A DNA stretch of 63,961 bases, filler included, from a bacterium (GTDB taxonomy: Bacteria; JAMORN01), in NCBI GenBank assembly GCA_027063545.1. It is 13 parts of 13 records of this genome, joined end to end, with 100 filler letters (N's around TTAATTAATTAA, not from the genome) between each part and the next. Parts side by side here need not be neighbours in the genome. Positions count along the whole stretch, not along the records: positions 31,386 to 36,386 come from JAMORN010000198.1; positions 36,487 to 41,454 come from JAMORN010000199.1; 11 more parts are not named here. The stretch is one strand, 5' to 3'. Below, in pieces: positions 31,402-41,554 of the stretch (position 1 is its first letter; each line of letters opens with the position of its first letter). The notes under the pieces were generated by a model. It was given only the letters and a program-made list of their open reading frames with translations. It did not search any database and was not told the DNA's origin. The position numbers and the translations under genes were made by a program.

Positions 31402-32256
31402 ATGATGAACAACTTCTTAGAATTTTATCAACATATACCGGAGAAACTCTCTCCAATTCTACTTGATTTAGGTTTTATTCAGATACGCTATTATGGACTT
31501 ATGTATATAGTTGCCTTTCTAATAACTTTATATCTTGTAAAAAAACAAATAAAAGATAAAAAACTTGATTATATAAAAATAGAAGATATAGATGATATAT
31601 TTTTTATATCATTTTTATTTGCTATAATAGGAGGAAGATTTGGATATGTTCTTTTTTACAACTTAGGTTACTATATTCAACATCCTATAGAAATAATCTC
31701 TCCTTTTTCTATATATAACGGACATATTAAATTTCATGGAATTGCGGGGATGTCTTACCATGGGGGACTTTTAGGCGTTATTTTAGGATTATATTATTCT
31801 GCAAGAAAAAAGAAAATAAATTTCTGGAAAATAACAGATCTAATAGCTCCAAGTTTTCCTTTAGGTTATACTTTTGGAAGAATAGCTAATTTTATAAATA
31901 ATGAGTTATATGGAAGAGTAACTACTTCTCCTATAGGGATGTATTTTAAAACGGATCCTACTCATTCATTAAGACATCCTTCACAACTTTATGAAGCATT
32001 TTTTGAAGGAATTGTATTATTTGTTATTCTATGGAAGCTTAAAGACAAAAAACTTCCTGTTGGGTTTTTATCTGGGGCTTATGTATTTGGATACGGACTT
32101 TTTAGATTTTTTATTGAATTTTTTAGAGAACCTGACCCTCAAGTTGGATTTATATTAAAATACTTTACAATGGGACAAATTTTATGTAGTGTGATGATGA
32201 TATCTGGAATTATTATTATGTATCTTTCAAAAAAACAATTTTTTAATAAAACTTAA
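31402..32256 (+). CDS. lgt: Prolipoprotein diacylglyceryl transferase
   Basis: RYYGLMY, GGRFGYVLFY, GMSYHGG, GRIANFINNELYGR, HPSQLYEA, EFFREPD. Confidence 0.97.
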   Translation: MMNNFLEFYQHIPEKLSPILLDLGFIQIRYYGLMYIVAFLITLYLVKKQIKDKKLDYIKIEDIDDIFFISFLFAIIGGRFGYVLFYNLGYYIQHPIEIISPFSIYNGHIKFHGIAGMSYHGGLLGVILGLYYSARKKKINFWKITDLIAPSFPLGYTFGRIANFINNELYGRVTTSPIGMYFKTDPTHSLRHPSQLYEAFFEGIVLFVILWKLKDKKLPVGFLSGAYVFGYGLFRFFIEFFREPDPQVGFILKYFTMGQILCSVMMISGIIIMYLSKKQFFNKT

Positions 32257-32341
32257 TCTAAATTGATTATTTCAATAGAATTAGTTATTTTAAAATAATA
32301 TAAACAGGTAAGTTAAAACAATAAAAAAGAAAGGAGTAAAA

Positions 32342-34123
32342 ATGGGAGTTTTTTCTACTAGTTTAAGGACACATACATGTGGAGAGTTAAGAGCAAAAAA
32401 TGAAGGTGAAAGAGTAACATTAACAGGTTGGGTACATTCTCATAGAGATCATGGGGGGGTAATTTTTATAGATTTAAGAGATAGGTTTGGTATTACTCAA
32501 ATAGTTTTTGAACCTGCACATAATCAAGAGCTTCATAAAGAAGCAGAAAAAATAAGAAGAGAATGGGTTATACAAGTTGAAGGTGTTGTAAGAAAAAGAA
32601 CTCCTGGGATGGAAAATCCTAAAATCCCAACCGGAGAAATAGAAATATTAGCTGATAAATTGACAATATTAAATAAAAGTAAAACTCCTCCTTTTGAAAT
32701 AGAAGATAGAGAAAAATTAACAGAGGAAACTAGATTTAGATATAGATATTTAGACTTAAGAAGACCTTCTATGTTCAAGAAGCTTTATTTTCGCCATAAA
32801 GCTGCTCAAGTTGTTAGAAACTTTCTTTCAGAAAATGGATTTGTCGAAGTTGAAACTCCTATGCTTGTAAAATCAACACCTGAAGGTGCAAGAGACTTTA
32901 TTGTACCATCAAGACTTCATCCAGGAAAATTTTACGCGTTACCTCAATCACCTCAATTATACAAACAAATATTAATGGTTGCTGGTATTGATAGATACTT
33001 CCAGCTTGCCAGATGTTTAAGAGATGAAGACTTAAGGGCTGATAGACAACCTGAACATACTCAAATAGATTTTGAAATGAGTTATGTAGAGGAAAAAGAC
33101 ATACATAATTTAGTAGAAAATTTAATGAAAAAACTTTTTAAAGAACTACTAGGTATAGATCTTGAAACACCTTTCCCTAGACTTACGTATAAAGATGCTA
33201 TGTTATACTATGGATCTGATAAACCTGACTTAAGATTTGATTTAAAAATTGTTGATGTAACAGATATTGTTAAAGATAGTGAGTTTAGTGTTTTTAAATC
33301 TGTTGTAGAAAAAGGTGGTGTTGTTAGATGTATTGCTCCTAAAGGAGAATTTTCTAGAAAAGATCTTGATGATTATATCGCTTTTGCCCAAAAAAATGGT
33401 GCTAAAGGAATGGCTTGGATGCGATATACAGAAAAAGGCTTAGAATCAAATATAGTAAAATACTTTCCTGAAGAGATTCAACAAAAATTAATAGAGAGGG
33501 TAAAGCCAGAAGTTGGAAGTGTTTTAATGTTTATAGCTGATAAAGAAAAATTAACGGCTGAAGTAATAGGGAAACTAAGGCTTAAAGTAGCCGAGGATAA
33601 AGGATATATCCCTGATGATCCTAATTTGTTTAAATTTGTATGGATTGTAGACTTTCCATTATTTGAATGGGATGAAGAGAAAAGAAAATGGGAGCCAGCA
33701 CATCACATGTTTACAATGCCTAAAAAGGAATTTATTGGTAAATTAAAAGATGACCCTGGTAGTGTTATTTGTTCCCAGTTTGATTTAGTTTTAAATGGAG
33801 TAGAATTAGGTTCTGGGTCTATCCGTATAAATGATCCTAAAATACAGGAAGAGGTAATGGAAGTTGTTGGATTCCCTAAAGAAGTGGCTTATGAAAGATT
33901 CGGATTCTTATTAAAAGCTTTTGAATATGGAGCTCCTCCTCATGGAGGTATGGGACTAGGATTTGATAGATTAGTTGCTTTAATGCAAGGAGAAAATGAT
34001 ATTAGAGAAGTTATTGCATTTCCTAAAACATCTTCTGGTGTTAGCTTGATTGATGATTCTCCTTCTGAAGTTACTACAGAGCAGCTAGAAGAGCTACATA
34101 TAAAGATAGTGAAACCTAAATAG
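32342..34123 (+). CDS. aspS: Aspartate--tRNA ligase, probably non-discriminating Asp/Asn type
   Basis: RTHTCGEL, RDHGGVIFIDLRD, STPEGARDF, YALPQSPQ, RDEDLRADRQPE, GAPPHGG. Confidence 0.98.
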   Translation: MGVFSTSLRTHTCGELRAKNEGERVTLTGWVHSHRDHGGVIFIDLRDRFGITQIVFEPAHNQELHKEAEKIRREWVIQVEGVVRKRTPGMENPKIPTGEIEILADKLTILNKSKTPPFEIEDREKLTEETRFRYRYLDLRRPSMFKKLYFRHKAAQVVRNFLSENGFVEVETPMLVKSTPEGARDFIVPSRLHPGKFYALPQSPQLYKQILMVAGIDRYFQLARCLRDEDLRADRQPEHTQIDFEMSYVEEKDIHNLVENLMKKLFKELLGIDLETPFPRLTYKDAMLYYGSDKPDLRFDLKIVDVTDIVKDSEFSVFKSVVEKGGVVRCIAPKGEFSRKDLDDYIAFAQKNGAKGMAWMRYTEKGLESNIVKYFPEEIQQKLIERVKPEVGSVLMFIADKEKLTAEVIGKLRLKVAEDKGYIPDDPNLFKFVWIVDFPLFEWDEEKRKWEPAHHMFTMPKKEFIGKLKDDPGSVICSQFDLVLNGVELGSGSIRINDPKIQEEVMEVVGFPKEVAYERFGFLLKAFEYGAPPHGGMGLGFDRLVALMQGENDIREVIAFPKTSSGVSLIDDSPSEVTTEQLEELHIKIVKPK

Positions 34124-34135
34124 TGAGGTATTAAA

Positions 34136-34675
34136 ATGAAATTAAAAGGCTTTACCCTCATGGAACTTATGATTACCCTTGTTGTATTATCAATACTTGC
34201 GACATTAGCTTTTATTAATTTTACTTCTTATTTAGCAAGTAAAAAGTTGGAAACTATGGCTTTTAGGATATATAAATATCTTAACTATTATAAAATTGAA
34301 GCTTATAAAAAAGAAGCTTCTTATATTATTAAAATCTCAAGTAATGGACAATATATGGTGGTGTATGATGATAGAAACAAAAATAATGTGGTAGAGACCG
34401 CTGATGACCCTGTTATTGATACATTTTTTGTTTATAAAACAGAAGATATAGGAGGTACAGGAGTATATCTAGAAGCCTCCTCTAATTTGATTAATAATGG
34501 TATTGTTTTTAATGCTGATAACTTAGGTTTCCCTCCTGCAAATAGTGGATCTATGTATATAAAACATAAAAGACTTGGGGATACCAAATATTATAAGATT
34601 ACAATTCCAGGAGGACTAAATAAAATAAACTTCTACAGATTTGATTCTCCAAGTGATAGTATTTTATTGAATTAA
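34136..34675 (+). CDS. Type IV pilin-like / pseudopilin (FimT/GspH-like)
   Basis: Class III signal KG-FTLMELMITLVVLSILATLAF with E5. Confidence 0.88.
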   Translation: MKLKGFTLMELMITLVVLSILATLAFINFTSYLASKKLETMAFRIYKYLNYYKIEAYKKEASYIIKISSNGQYMVVYDDRNKNNVVETADDPVIDTFFVYKTEDIGGTGVYLEASSNLINNGIVFNADNLGFPPANSGSMYIKHKRLGDTKYYKITIPGGLNKINFYRFDSPSDSILLN

Positions 34676-34693
34676 AATTTATAAAAATTTATA

Positions 34694-35152
34694 TTATTTG
34701 TTATTTTTTATTATTTTTATTATTTCGTTATAAGATATACTAGGGTTTTTTATAATCTGTTTTCTTATTATAAGTAATTTTTTAACTATATATTCTGGAA
34801 TATAATGTTCTATATCACAAGCTATTTTTTCCGCAATATCTTCTTCTAGTAAGAAAAAATTGTAAAATATATCTTTTAATAATTTATGTTTTAAATACAA
34901 CTTCTTTGCTAATTTATTTCCTTTAGATGTTAATGTTACTTGTTTGTAAGGTTTATAATTTATCAATCCTAACTTTGATAAAGTTTGAAGAGCGTTATTA
35001 ACAGAAGACATTTTTACATTCATCTTTTCAGAAATATCCTTTATTTTTACACCATCCGACTTATTTTCTTCTTGTATTATTTTGATTGTTTCTAAATAAT
35101 CTTCCATTGAAGAAGTATATTCCCTTTCTCTATTCATTTTTGATCTTGCCAT
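34694..35152 (-). CDS. DtxR/MntR family metal-dependent regulator
   Basis: SMEDYLETI, IKDISEKMNVKMSSV, LTSKG...KHKLL...ACDIEHYI. Confidence 0.92.
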   Translation of the reverse strand: MARSKMNREREYTSSMEDYLETIKIIQEENKSDGVKIKDISEKMNVKMSSVNNALQTLSKLGLINYKPYKQVTLTSKGNKLAKKLYLKHKLLKDIFYNFFLLEEDIAEKIACDIEHYIPEYIVKKLLIIRKQIIKNPSISYNEIIKIIKNNK

Positions 35153-36386
35153 TTTCTTTTTCTCCTTTATTATCCATTACAATGATCCTATTTATTAAAG
35201 TATTTATACTCTGTATATATCCATCAATATATTCTTTATTAGCTAAACTATTTAAAGTTATTCTATGAGCCACTAAAAAATATTTTAAATCTTTATTAAA
35301 AATTTTATCTAAGTTCTTTTCAATACTATCAATCTCTATAAGCAAATCCCTTGTATCTTCCTTTCTTCTTATTTTTTCTTTTAAAATAAAAAGTTTTTCT
35401 CGTAATTTAAATAATTCTTTCAGCTCATTTTTATATTGAAATAAATTTAAATCTATCTCGTTTATATTAAATTGAAGTAATTTATTATAATCTTTTAGAA
35501 TAAAAGCTTCATAAATCTTTTTTGTTAATGCGTTAGGTAATTTATTTTTAAGAGTATTTTTATAATTTAATGGCTTTACACGCCAACTATATTCATCATC
35601 AAAAAAGGTATTAAAAACATAAGTGTTATATTCCTCTAATGTAGAAAAATCTTCATATACCAAGTCAACAATAAGTTCTGGTTCTATTAGATGTAAATAA
35701 CCTTTCTTTTCATCAAAACTTCCATAAAAAAATGGATCATCTTTAGATTTTAAAATAAAAGCATTTTCAACATATGGACCCGTTTCTAAAAAATTTGATG
35801 GACTAAATAGAGATATTATTTTCTTATTTAAAGCCGCTGCTATATGCATTATAAATGTATCACCGGTTATAACAACTTTGGCTAAAGAAACTAAGTCAAT
35901 AATATCTCCTTTATTAGTTTTTCCAACCATAGAAATAATATTATAAGAATCTCCTTCTAAGTTTAAATATATCTCTTCCTCTATTCTTTTTTCATTTTCT
36001 GTAGCAGTAAAAACAATTTTCTCTATCTTTAATAAATCTATCAATTTAGCCCAATTATATGGTGGATACCTTTTACTCTCCCATGCAGCTGAAATATGCA
36101 TTAATACGAAATTCTCTCCAACCTCTTTTTTTAATCTATCTCTGTTTTCTTTATTAATAGAGAGAAACATAGGGGTGAGATTATTTATATTATCATTATA
36201 AATCCTATTGTATATATCAATCACATGATAATTATTCAAACTTCTATCAAAAGGTATTGAGTAAAGATATTGAGTATTAATATCCTTTATCTTAAAAATT
36301 CCATCATAATCTAGGAATTTTCCCCTTATTTTTGAAGTTTCATAATTAGATGCTAAAATGGATATCACAGAACTTTCATTACCTTG
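35130..36386 (-). CDS. Glycosyltransferase family 9 protein with C-terminal extension, 5' partial
   Basis: ASW-like AAWESKRYP, MVGKT, ITGDTFIMHIAAAL, ETGPY. Confidence 0.85.
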   Translation of the reverse strand, partial: QGNESSVISILASNYETSKIRGKFLDYDGIFKIKDINTQYLYSIPFDRSLNNYHVIDIYNRIYNDNINNLTPMFLSINKENRDRLKKEVGENFVLMHISAAWESKRYPPYNWAKLIDLLKIEKIVFTATENEKRIEEEIYLNLEGDSYNIISMVGKTNKGDIIDLVSLAKVVITGDTFIMHIAAALNKKIISLFSPSNFLETGPYVENAFILKSKDDPFFYGSFDEKKGYLHLIEPELIVDLVYEDFSTLEEYNTYVFNTFFDDEYSWRVKPLNYKNTLKNKLPNALTKKIYEAFILKDYNKLLQFNINEIDLNLFQYKNELKELFKLREKLFILKEKIRRKEDTRDLLIEIDSIEKNLDKIFNKDLKYFLVAHRITLNSLANKEYIDGYIQSINTLINRIIVMDNKGEKENGKIKNE

Positions 36387-36486
36387 NNNNNNNNNNNNNN
36401 NNNNNNNNNNNNNNNNNNNNNNNNNNNNNNTTAATTAATTAANNNNNNNNNNNNNNNNNNNNNNNNNNNNNNNNNNNNNNNNNNNN

Positions 36487-36525
36487 CTATATGCCATCTA
36501 CCCCGTCAATACCAATTTCGCCCCC
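36487..36525 (-). ncRNA. ssrA: tmRNA 5' end (truncated by contig edge)
   Basis: Minus strand GGGGGCGAAATTGGTATTGACGGGGTAG matches the tmRNA 5' pattern GGGGnnG...GG.(T/A)T(C/T)GAC.GG; GC-rich island downstream of a promoter-like motif. Confidence 0.75.
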
Positions 36526-36565
36526 TTAAAGATCTTAACCCCAACTCCACTCTCTATTATAAATA

Positions 36566-36593
36566 AATATAAAGTTTTTCTTTAAAAAGTCAA
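36566..36593 (-). promoter_or_regulatory. Putative sigma70 promoter of ssrA
   Basis: TTGACT-N16-TATATT about 40 nt upstream of the tmRNA 5' end. Confidence 0.5.
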
Positions 36594-36597
36594 TAGA

Positions 36598-37611
36598 TCA
36601 TATCTCAAGAATATACAAAATCTTATTTAATACTTCATTTATATTTATATTTTTTAAACAAGCAAAGTCATATTTGCATTTTTTAACATAACCATCTACT
36701 CTACAACCCCTACATGCTATATCTTTTTCTATTATATCACTTTTTTCTGATAAAGGAAAGAATCCAAAATCTGATTTGGTAGGACCATATATTACAATTG
36801 TAGGAGTATTATATAAACTAGCTATATGTACAGCACTTGTATCACCGGATAATAATAATCTTGCTTTCTTTATTATGTATATATATTCTAAAATTGTTGT
36901 TTCCCCTATTAAATTCTTTACTCTATTTCTATATTTTTTATTGTCTTTAAAAAAATCTTCTACTTCATTTTTTAAAACATCCTTTTGTCCAGTAAAATAG
37001 ATATTTAAATAGGGAATATTTTCTAATAATTTTATTGACAACTTTAAATAATTTTCTATACTCCATTGTTTAGTCAATATATTAGCATCCACATTAAAAA
37101 CAATATAATCATTTTCTAAAGAAAGTTTTAAGCTTGAAAAATCAAACCATTCATATTTTAAATCGTTTATAGTAAACTTTTCATCAATCATTAAAAAATA
37201 TTTCTCTATTTCATGAACGCCTTGTCTATATTCATAATCAATACACTTAGTATAAAAAAGTTTTGCTAATTTATCATAACAAAAGCCATATCTCTCGCTT
37301 ATATTTAAAAGATAGGCTAATATGGCGACTCTTATATGTTTTTGCAGTAAAAAAGCTTTATCTATTTTTACTTTTTCTATAACATTTTCTATATTCTTTT
37401 TTAATGCTAAATAATTTAATACTATATTATCTTGTTTTTTTAGTGCTATAGGGGAGATATCTAATTTTATATATTTTAACAACTCTATATATTCCTCTCT
37501 AAACACAAAAAACAGATTATTAGGTTTATATTTTTCTAATATTTTTTTTAAAAAAGGTAAGGATAATATCAAATCCCCAAGAAATGCTGTTTGAAATACT
37601 ATAATATTCAT
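36598..37611 (-). CDS. GT9 LPS heptosyltransferase (WaaF/RfaF-like)
   Basis: QTAFLGDLILSLP, KQWS, NLIGET, SGDTSAVHIA, YGPT...FFPL, CRGC...C...C. Confidence 0.9.
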   Translation of the reverse strand: MNIIVFQTAFLGDLILSLPFLKKILEKYKPNNLFFVFREEYIELLKYIKLDISPIALKKQDNIVLNYLALKKNIENVIEKVKIDKAFLLQKHIRVAILAYLLNISERYGFCYDKLAKLFYTKCIDYEYRQGVHEIEKYFLMIDEKFTINDLKYEWFDFSSLKLSLENDYIVFNVDANILTKQWSIENYLKLSIKLLENIPYLNIYFTGQKDVLKNEVEDFFKDNKKYRNRVKNLIGETTILEYIYIIKKARLLLSGDTSAVHIASLYNTPTIVIYGPTKSDFGFFPLSEKSDIIEKDIACRGCRVDGYVKKCKYDFACLKNININEVLNKILYILEI

Positions 37612-38924
37612 ATTATCCTCTTTAGTATATATAAAACTTCTATATGAAAAGTTCTTGGAAACATATCAAAAATTAAAACTTTTTCTATTTTATAATTCTG
37701 TAGATAATTTATATCTCTATAGGATGTCATAGGATCACAGGATATATATATAATATAATCTAAAGGATATCTATCTAAATATTTTATATCTTTTCCAACA
37801 CCCTCCCTTGGCGGATCTAATACTAAAATATTTCCTTTAGATTGTTTAAAACTTAATTGTTTTATATAATCCCTAAAATCTTTTTGTATAATCTTTGCGT
37901 TATTTATATTATTTTCTTTTATATTTTTTTCTGCTAAAAATATATTTGATGGATTCTGTTCTATCCCAATTACTTCTTCAAAAAGTTCACTTAAAATAAT
38001 TCCTATTGTCAGACTTCCACTATACCCATCAATTAATAATTTTTTATACTCTATATTATCTTTAACAAAATTATAAATAAATGAAAACATTTTTTCACCT
38101 ATATAATAATTAGTTTGAAAAAAATCATTTGATGTAAGAAAAAATTTTTTATTTAAAAATTCTGTTTTTATAGTAGATTTCTTTTCATCTATAGGTTTCG
38201 AATTAAAATAAAATACTAAATTAAAATCGTTATAAAATTCCATATATTTATCTTCTGACACACCTTTCTCTGAAGCATAATTTCTAATAATATGGTCAAA
38301 TATTATATTATATTGGGTTTTTATAATCTTTTTTATATAATCCTTATGCTTCTTCTCTCCTATAAGATTGACTAATAGCTTTTTTCCATCATGAGAGGTC
38401 CTTATTACCACTCTATCTAAATGTGGTATATTTAAGCTTTCTATTATATTTTTGGTATAATTAATAGTATTTATAAGTAATGGACATTTATCTATATTAA
38501 TTACCCTATTGGAAGAAGCCATATAAAATCCTAATTTTAGTCTGGAACTTCTATAATCAGCATGAAATGTTGCCTTATTTCTATAGTTAAACTCTATGGA
38601 AGGAATAACATTATTAACTTCTCTTTTTATTATATTCTCTACTATTAATTTTTTATATTCCAACTCTTTCTCATACGGTATATGCAAAAAATGGCATCCA
38701 CCACACTTTGTAAAAAAACTACAATTAGGTTCTATTCTTTCTTCAGATTTCTTAATAAATTTTTTTATCTGACCAATATCATATCTTTTTTTACTTTTGG
38801 TTATTTCAACTATAACTTCATCACCTACTGCTGTATAAGGAACAAAAACTATTTTAGCTTCTTGATCATATCCTAAACCCATTCCTCTATTTACGATTTT
38901 CTCAATCCATACTCTTTTTTCCAT
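37608..38924 (-). CDS. rlmD: 23S rRNA (uracil-5)-methyltransferase RlmD/RumA
   Basis: TRAM domain, CSFFTKCGGC Fe-S motif, FFQTN, DPPREG, YISCDP, DMFPRTFHIE. Confidence 0.92.
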   Translation of the reverse strand: MEKRVWIEKIVNRGMGLGYDQEAKIVFVPYTAVGDEVIVEITKSKKRYDIGQIKKFIKKSEERIEPNCSFFTKCGGCHFLHIPYEKELEYKKLIVENIIKREVNNVIPSIEFNYRNKATFHADYRSSRLKLGFYMASSNRVINIDKCPLLINTINYTKNIIESLNIPHLDRVVIRTSHDGKKLLVNLIGEKKHKDYIKKIIKTQYNIIFDHIIRNYASEKGVSEDKYMEFYNDFNLVFYFNSKPIDEKKSTIKTEFLNKKFFLTSNDFFQTNYYIGEKMFSFIYNFVKDNIEYKKLLIDGYSGSLTIGIILSELFEEVIGIEQNPSNIFLAEKNIKENNINNAKIIQKDFRDYIKQLSFKQSKGNILVLDPPREGVGKDIKYLDRYPLDYIIYISCDPMTSYRDINYLQNYKIEKVLIFDMFPRTFHIEVLYILKRII

Positions 38925-39017
38925 ATTTTTTAAATCCTTTTTATTTTTTTGTTTTTATGAGTATCTATTAAATTTTATTTTTTGTAAAATAAATAAATTT
39001 AAATAGGACTACAAAAT

Positions 39018-39521
39018 ATGGGACGTTTTAAAGATGACTTAATGTTTATGGTTTTAACTGAAATCTTTTCCCGTCAATCCCATTGTCAAAGAATTAAAGT
39101 TGCTGCTCTTATTGTAAAAGACGGAAGAATACTCTCTGTAGGATATAATGGAACTCCAAAGGGTTTAATAAATTGTGATGAAGTATTCTCAGAAGAAGAT
39201 ATCCAAAAAGAAGATTTTAAAACTCGTCATCATGAATGGAGTGATATTCACGAGCTTCATGCTGAACAAAATGCTATAAGCTGGGCAGCAAAAATAGGTA
39301 TATCTCTAGAAGGAGCCACAATATATGTTAGATATTCTCCTTGCAGACATTGTTCAAAGCTAATAATTGCAAGTGGTATAAAAAGAGTTGTTTTTTTAGA
39401 AAAATACGATAGAGATCAAGAAGGTCTTAAACTTATGCAATCTGCTGGTATATCTTTGGATCAAATAGACATAAAAGAGTATGAAAAATTTAAGAAAAAG
39501 TTAATTTCTGAAATATTATAA
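39018..39521 (+). CDS. dCMP deaminase (ComEB family)
   Basis: GYNGTP, HAEQNA, SPCRHC. Confidence 0.93.
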   Translation: MGRFKDDLMFMVLTEIFSRQSHCQRIKVAALIVKDGRILSVGYNGTPKGLINCDEVFSEEDIQKEDFKTRHHEWSDIHELHAEQNAISWAAKIGISLEGATIYVRYSPCRHCSKLIIASGIKRVVFLEKYDRDQEGLKLMQSAGISLDQIDIKEYEKFKKKLISEIL

Positions 39522-39526
39522 AAAAA

Positions 39527-40711
39527 ATGCTAAAATTTCTAAAAAAATTATCAAAAAATTTTAATTTCTCATTTTTAGGAGATTTAAGAGATATTAATCA
39601 TTTATCTTTTTGGGTTATTATTTCTACTATAGGAATTGTAAGTTATCTTACTATAGCATTTTTATATTATCAATTAATGAAAATATGTCCTAATATTTAT
39701 ATTTTAAAATTATTGGTTTGGATTATATTTTGGAGTCTAGTTATAATATTCCCTTTATTTTATTTTCTTTCCAAATTTTATTACAACAAATTGATAAAAT
39801 ACTCTTTAATCTTTAGTGCAATATGGCTGGGTTTTTTGTTTTATTTTGGATTAGCACTTCTTTTTTTTAAAATAGTCTCTATATTTATGTTTTTTATATT
39901 TCAAAAAAATATAAACTATATCTTTCCTGCTTTTATATTTTCATCTTTAATCACTATTTATGGAGTAATAAATAATAGAAACTATATAAAAATCTCTTAT
40001 ATAACATATCATACCTCAAAAATAAAACAATCTTTAAAAATAGGATTTATTTCAGATATTCATTTATCCTCTCTTACTTCTGATTCTAAAATAGAAAAAA
40101 CTATAAAAATTTTAAATTCTCATAATTTAGATTTAATTCTAATTGGCGGAGATCTTATTGATTCAAGTATTATTCCTGTAGAAAAAAGAAATCTTATTGA
40201 AAAACTAGAAACTTTAAATTCTAAAAATGGTATATATATGACAACAGGCAATCATGAGTTTATATGGCATATTGAAAAAATAAGAAAAAGACTAAAAAAT
40301 AGTAAAATAACTCTTATTGAAGATGAAAATGTTTTATTTGAAGAATTAAATTTAGCTATAATCTTTAGAAAAGATAAGGCAGCTAAACGTAAAAAAGAAA
40401 CACGCTTACATATTAAAGAAATTATAAAAAATGTGCCTAATAGTTTTCTAAAAATATTAGTAGAACATCAACCTGTAGAAGTTTTTGAAGAAGTAAAATA
40501 TATAGACATAGCTTTATATGGTCATACTCATAATGGCCAAATGTGGCCTCTTCATATTCTTGTATCTTTATTTTTTCCTATAAAATATGGGGAATATAAA
40601 ATAGATAACAAATTAATATATGTATCTGAAGGTTTAGATACTTGGGGACCTCCTTTAAGAGTAGGAGCATCCCCAGAAATTGTTATCTTAGAAATATTAC
40701 CTATCTATTAA
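39527..40711 (+). CDS. Membrane-anchored metallophosphoesterase (YkuE-like)
   Basis: N-terminal TM helices; SDIH, GGDLID, GNHE, HQP, GHTHNGQ, GTWGPP-like motifs. Confidence 0.92.
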   Translation: MLKFLKKLSKNFNFSFLGDLRDINHLSFWVIISTIGIVSYLTIAFLYYQLMKICPNIYILKLLVWIIFWSLVIIFPLFYFLSKFYYNKLIKYSLIFSAIWLGFLFYFGLALLFFKIVSIFMFFIFQKNINYIFPAFIFSSLITIYGVINNRNYIKISYITYHTSKIKQSLKIGFISDIHLSSLTSDSKIEKTIKILNSHNLDLILIGGDLIDSSIIPVEKRNLIEKLETLNSKNGIYMTTGNHEFIWHIEKIRKRLKNSKITLIEDENVLFEELNLAIIFRKDKAAKRKKETRLHIKEIIKNVPNSFLKILVEHQPVEVFEEVKYIDIALYGHTHNGQMWPLHILVSLFFPIKYGEYKIDNKLIYVSEGLDTWGPPLRVGASPEIVILEILPIY

Positions 40712-40716
40712 AGTAT

Positions 40717-41454
40717 CTAATTATCCAATGTGATGAGTTGTTCTGGTTTATCTGGGTCAGCTTCTTGAATAAATAATAATTTATTATTTATTAAATTATA
40801 TTTGAATAGTCTATCTCCTGTAACCTCAGAGTATATATAACCATCTGATAGATAAATATAATCTCTATATTCCCAATCTCCATATTTTATATATAAATAT
40901 CCTTTTAAGCTCTCGTTTATATATAATTCTATATACTTTTCTCTTATAAAATCATTATCCCCCACAGCATCACCATCTATACCTGTAAATAAATCATTAT
41001 AATAAGTATAATCACCAACCCAATGGCCATTTATACCTACATTATCTTTAGAAATAAGAACATATTTAAATTTATCAAATATCTGAAGTTTTAGATAATC
41101 AAATCCATATAACAAAGCAATATAACCTTTCTTTGCTTTTGCTGCAAATCTTATTGTATCTGTTTCATTAGAATTTATAGGATAATAAACATATTCTCCC
41201 CACACAGTATCAACTACAATTGCGTTCCAATACTCATTAAACACATAAATATTATCTAGAATATTATGAGGCATATGAAAATATTTACCTTGAATAAAAG
41301 ACCACCAATAAGTTGTATCTATTAACATTCCTTTATAATAGGTTCCTCCATCTTGGTAATAGACAATACTTAAATTTATTGTTTGTTTATCTGCATCTAT
41401 TGAAGTATTATAGCAGGATTTTGTAGAATCTACAATTGAATCGTTTCCTACAAC
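40717..41454 (-). CDS. Hypothetical protein, 5' partial
   Basis: Frame open from the contig edge (VVGNDSIVDSTKSCY...) to the stop at 40717; aromatic/acidic, exported-like composition. Confidence 0.6.
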   Translation of the reverse strand, partial: VVGNDSIVDSTKSCYNTSIDADKQTINLSIVYYQDGGTYYKGMLIDTTYWWSFIQGKYFHMPHNILDNIYVFNEYWNAIVVDTVWGEYVYYPINSNETDTIRFAAKAKKGYIALLYGFDYLKLQIFDKFKYVLISKDNVGINGHWVGDYTYYNDLFTGIDGDAVGDNDFIREKYIELYINESLKGYLYIKYGDWEYRDYIYLSDGYIYSEVTGDRLFKYNLINNKLLFIQEADPDKPEQLITLDN

Positions 41455-41554
41455 NNNNNNNNNNNNNNNNNNNNNNNNNNNNNNNNNNNNNNNNNNNNTT
41501 AATTAATTAANNNNNNNNNNNNNNNNNNNNNNNNNNNNNNNNNNNNNNNNNNNN

